Of a stretch of DNA of 46,267 bases, positions 43,527 to 46,267 are shown piece after piece. The number at the start of each line of letters is the position of its first letter. Positions within the stretch are counted from its first letter, which is position 1. Location: positions 1 to 46,267 of the forward strand of contig JAYEHH010000013.1 of NCBI GenBank assembly GCA_034716235.1, written 5' to 3'. Both the position numbers and the translations under genes were made by a program. This stretch comes from Patescibacteria group bacterium (GTDB lineage: Bacteria; Patescibacteriota; Minisyncoccia; CAIUEV01; JAHKAQ01). The notes under the pieces are model-generated. The model ran no database searches. It was not told the DNA's origin and was given only the letters and a program-made list of their open reading frames with translations.

Positions 43527-43579
43527 CCGTAGAGACGCAAGATTTTGCGTCTCTACAAAACCTAATCCCGTCTCTACGG
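43527..43579. repeat. GC-rich hairpin with a third competing arm
   Basis: GTAGAGACGCAA-gatt-TTGCGTCTCTAC is a perfect 12-bp stem. CCGTCTCTACGG at 43568-79 can pair with 43527-36 instead. Confidence 0.8.
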
Positions 43580-43594
43580 TTAAGATGAACAGGT

Positions 43595-45352
43595 CTATTG
43601 TCTCTCTTTTATTTCCCGCCTTATCCTTTTAATAAAATCTTCTAATTTCACCGCTCCTTCATCTCCTTTAGCCCTACTTCTTACAGCGACTTCTTTAGTG
43701 TTAGCTTCTTTTTCTCCAACAATCAACAAGTAAGGTATTTTTTGTTGACGAGCCTGGCTAATTTTTTTACCCAGTGATTCATCGGAATTATCTATTTCAA
43801 CGCGAAGCCTGTCTTTTTGTAGAGTTTCCATTACAGATTTTCCGTAATTATTGAATTTTTCTGAGATTGGGATTACCACTGCTTGAACAGGGGACAACCA
43901 AACAGGGAAAGAACCAGCGGTTTGTTCTATTAAAAAGGCCAGAGTTCTTTCAATACAACCGATAGAAGATCGGTGGATTACAATAGGTCTCTGCTTTTCC
44001 CCTTGCTCATCTACAAAAGTTAAATCAAATTTTTCCGGAAGATCGAAATCAATTTGAATAGTAAAAGCGGTTTCTTCTTTTCCATAAACATTTTTTGTTT
44101 GGACATCTAATTTCGGTCCGTAGAAAGCAGCTTCTCCATCTGCTTGAACATAATCTAGCTTAAGTTTTTTTAAAATCACTTCCATCAATTTTTGAGTTTT
44201 CTCCCATTCCTTAGGTTTATCAACATATTTCTTTTTATCTTTAGGGTCCCATTTAGAAAAACGATACCAGTAATCGGTAATTTTTAATGTCCGCATAACA
44301 TGTTGCACCAACTCAAGCACTTTCTTGAACTCTTCCTCTACTTGGTCTGGTCGGCAAATTAAATGAGCATCGGCCAAAGTAAAACTCATCATTCTAATAA
44401 GTCCGCTTAATTCTCCGGACTGCTCTTTCCGATAAAGTTTAGCTAGCTCGGCATATCTAATGGGTAAATCTCGATAACTTCTTGGTTTTGATTTATAGAG
44501 AATAAAATGATGAGGGCAAGCCATTGGGCGCAAGACATAATCTTGCCCATCAATATTAATGGGAGGATACATATCTTCTTGATAATGGTCCCAATGCCCG
44601 GATTTTTTATAGAGGTCTACTTTGGCTAGATCTGGCGTAGAAACTCTTTGATAACCTCTTTTTTCTTCCTCCTCAATAATAAATTTTTCTAATTCCTGTC
44701 GAATGGCAGTCCCTTTTGGGGTTAATAGAGGTAATCCTTTACCAACTAAAGGGGAGGATACAAATAAATCTAGTTCTTTCCCCAGCTTTCGGTGGTCTCT
44801 TTCCTTAGCCAGCCTAGTCATTGCTAAATATTTTTTTAGTTCAAGTTTGGATTTAAAAGCTACTCCATAAATTCGCTGAAGCATCTTCTTTTTCTTGTCT
44901 CCTTTCCAGTAAGCGCCAGATATTTCAACAAGTTTTATTCCATCAGGAGCAATTTCTCGAGCTGACGATAAACAATCACCTATGGAAATACTGGTAAGAT
45001 TTTCTGATTGACAAAGCTTGATTTTTTCTTGCCCTTCCTGCTTCATTTCTTCTAAAAGTTCCAGTTGATAGGGTTGCTTATTCTTCGCAAAAATTTCTTT
45101 AGCTTCGGATAGTGCTAGTTCCTGTTGCTCAAAGTGATAATCTTTATTGATGAGTTTTCGCATTTCTTTCTCAATAGCAGGCAAGTTCTCAGGAGTTAAA
45201 CTTTCAGGTAATTCAAAATCGTAGAAAAACCCTACTGAGGATACTTGCCCCGTTGCTATTTTTGCTTGGGGGAATAATTTCAAAACAGCTACTGCCAATA
45301 TTTGGGTAGCAGAGGCGTTAAGAACTTCTGGGTTGTTTGTTTTTTTAGTCAT
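43595..45352 (-). CDS. thrS: Threonine--tRNA ligase (no N-terminal TGS domain)
   Basis: Editing (SAD) domain, class II core (RDHRKLGKELDLF, MACPHH, LRPM, YRKEQSGELSGLIRMMSFTLADAH, GPKLD) and anticodon-binding domain. Confidence 0.95.
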   Translation of the reverse strand: MTKKTNNPEVLNASATQILAVAVLKLFPQAKIATGQVSSVGFFYDFELPESLTPENLPAIEKEMRKLINKDYHFEQQELALSEAKEIFAKNKQPYQLELLEEMKQEGQEKIKLCQSENLTSISIGDCLSSAREIAPDGIKLVEISGAYWKGDKKKKMLQRIYGVAFKSKLELKKYLAMTRLAKERDHRKLGKELDLFVSSPLVGKGLPLLTPKGTAIRQELEKFIIEEEEKRGYQRVSTPDLAKVDLYKKSGHWDHYQEDMYPPINIDGQDYVLRPMACPHHFILYKSKPRSYRDLPIRYAELAKLYRKEQSGELSGLIRMMSFTLADAHLICRPDQVEEEFKKVLELVQHVMRTLKITDYWYRFSKWDPKDKKKYVDKPKEWEKTQKLMEVILKKLKLDYVQADGEAAFYGPKLDVQTKNVYGKEETAFTIQIDFDLPEKFDLTFVDEQGEKQRPIVIHRSSIGCIERTLAFLIEQTAGSFPVWLSPVQAVVIPISEKFNNYGKSVMETLQKDRLRVEIDNSDESLGKKISQARQQKIPYLLIVGEKEANTKEVAVRSRAKGDEGAVKLEDFIKRIRREIKERQ

Positions 45353-45530
45353 AGTGGTTAAATTAATGTTTAATAAAAAAGTCCAAGAAACATTGTTTTG
45401 TTGAGACCTAAATTAAAGGCGGTTCCACTCAACTTCCCAATATTTATTGGACTCTTTTGTGAAGATTTTGCGCATCTTCTAGCGCAAGCTCCGTGGCTGG
45501 TGAGACCACATCGTTGCTTCTGTTTACTTA
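45353..45530 (-). promoter_or_regulatory. Candidate T-box leader (Thr)
   Basis: Minus strand GUUGAG-UGGAACC-GCC-uuuaauuua-GGU-CUCAAC reproduces the T-box antiterminator layout: helix A1, a 7-nt UGGNACC bulge, then helix A2. GAGUGGAACCGCC matches the consensus GGGUGGUACCGCG at 10 of 13 positions. An ACC-A triplet is exposed in the loop of GUGG-ucucACCAg-CCAC upstream. Confidence 0.45.
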
Positions 45531-45537
45531 TAACTTT

Positions 45538-45565
45538 ATAATAGCTAAAATTAAAAAAAGTGCAA
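45538..45565 (-). promoter_or_regulatory. Sigma70-like promoter of thrS
   Basis: Minus strand TTGCAC-N16-TATTAT. Confidence 0.5.
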
Positions 45566-45602
45566 ATGGGGTTTTTAATTTTAGTAAGTCTGAGTTTAAA
45601 TT

Positions 45603-45878
45603 ATGATTCTCGTTTTACAAATTGATAAAACAGCTAAAGCCAGCATAAGTCTAGAGGAAAGAGGCAAGCTTATTGATCAACTTCGTTGGCAGGATAAACA
45701 AAATCTTTCTGAGAAGCTTTTACCAAAAATCAATATTTTGCTTAAAAGAAATAACATAACCGTTCAAGAGCTAGAAGATGTTAATTTAGCGGTTGATATG
45801 GAAGAAAGTTATTCGGCTTACAGAATCGCATCAGCTACTATGAAAACATTGCGGTATTGCATGGGCAAAGAGTTATAA
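45603..45878 (+). CDS. Hypothetical 91-aa protein, weakly resembling the N-terminal half of TsaB
   Basis: MILVLQIDKT...LSEKLLPKINILLKRNNITVQELEDVNLAV...YRIASATMKTL loosely parallels the TsaB pattern MILAIDTS...LLP.I..LL......l..I.V..GPGSFTGLRIG. The GPGSFTG motif is absent. Confidence 0.4.
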   Translation: MILVLQIDKTAKASISLEERGKLIDQLRWQDKQNLSEKLLPKINILLKRNNITVQELEDVNLAVDMEESYSAYRIASATMKTLRYCMGKEL

Positions 45879-45917
45879 AGTTTGTAAAGTTTGTAAAGTT
45901 GAAAGTTTGTAATGTTT
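45871..45917 (+). repeat. Tandem 9-mer array, locus 4 of 4 (GTTTGTAAA variant)
   Basis: AGTTATAAA GTTTGTAAA GTTTGTAAA GTTGAAA GTTTGTAAT GTTTCTG. Overlaps the stop codon of the 91-aa ORF. Confidence 0.85.
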
Positions 45918-45970
45918 CTGTCTTTGCGAGGAATGAAATGACGAAGCAATCCCCGTAAGACAAGTTCTGG

Positions 45971-46000
45971 GATTGTCACCCAGAGGGTGACAATCTTTTT
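45971..46000 (+). terminator. Perfect 11-bp GC-rich hairpin plus T5 (terminator-like)
   Basis: GATTGTCACCC-aga-GGGTGACAATC-TTTTT. Confidence 0.55.
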
Positions 46001-46004
46001 CCCA

Positions 46005-46147
46005 CTGTCATTCCCGTCCCGTCATCCGACGGGATAAACTCCAGCCAGCCTCGCCGAGTCTAGGCGGGCCTCTGGCTGGCGATTCCTTTTTTCCTTACCA
46101 AGTTAGCTTCTTCTAAATTTGCTCGGGATCTCCGCTTTCGCGGAGAT
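46005..46147. repeat. Cluster of GC-rich hairpin elements
   Basis: TGTCATTCCCG head; TCCCGTC-atcc-GACGGGA (46017-34); the 39-nt CCAGCCAGCCTCGCCGAGTCTAGGCGGGCCTCTGGCTGG (46041-79); ATCTCCGC-tttc-GCGGAGAT (46128-47). Confidence 0.85.
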
Positions 46148-46267
46148 GACATGCAGGGCGGGGGTGACATGTGTTACGAAGCTGACGAAACCTGTGTGGC
46201 AGGTGGTAAGTAATTAATTACGTAATAAATCTTTCCTAAATTTGCCTGGGAATAACCGTAAAAAAGA

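Overview
AT-rich bacterial chromosomal segment that uses the standard genetic code: TAA, TAG and TGA all end well-supported ORFs. About half the window is translation and tRNA-modification housekeeping: pheS, pheT, thrS, miaB, miaA, tgt, rny, ymdB, hup, a cold-shock protein and tRNA-Ala(CGC). ThrRS and PheT both lack N-terminal accessory domains. By inference only, this fits a small-genome, probably anaerobic, uncultivated bacterium (CPR/Patescibacteria-like). Interleaved with these genes are: (i) an accessory left end with an HNH nuclease remnant, an HTH-Panacea/RelE-like toxin-antitoxin pair and a GC-shifted orphan hybrid histidine kinase; (ii) secreted and cell-wall proteins (S8 protease with dockerin, repeat-SpoIID, G5-RlpA, YARHG protein, SNase); (iii) anaerobe redox and oxygen-defence genes (NADH oxidase family, rubrerythrin, a tetrahaem class III cytochrome c, and a CsoR/CstR-like repressor-trxA-trxB-DUF59-ferredoxin operon with a matching operator). 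The most interesting item is an eight-gene minus-strand operon at 31935-37724. It combines DUF5320, an exported thioredoxin fused to a DsbD/CcdA-like membrane domain, DUF134, a zinc-ribbon protein, a NifX/NifB-like protein with a His-rich tail, a cation-diffusion-facilitator::NifX-like fusion, and two MinD/ParA ATPases carrying ferredoxin inserts. I interpret it as an uncharacterised metal or Fe-S cluster trafficking module. The non-coding DNA holds several dispersed repeat families: same-orientation tandem 9-mer arrays (KTTCRTAAA), a 38-nt module conserved upstream of pheST and miaBA, ATTGACAAT-type microsatellites, and GC-rich hairpin (REP/MITE-like) elements. A T-box-like leader lies upstream of thrS. 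No CRISPR array, rRNA gene or intact transposase was seen.
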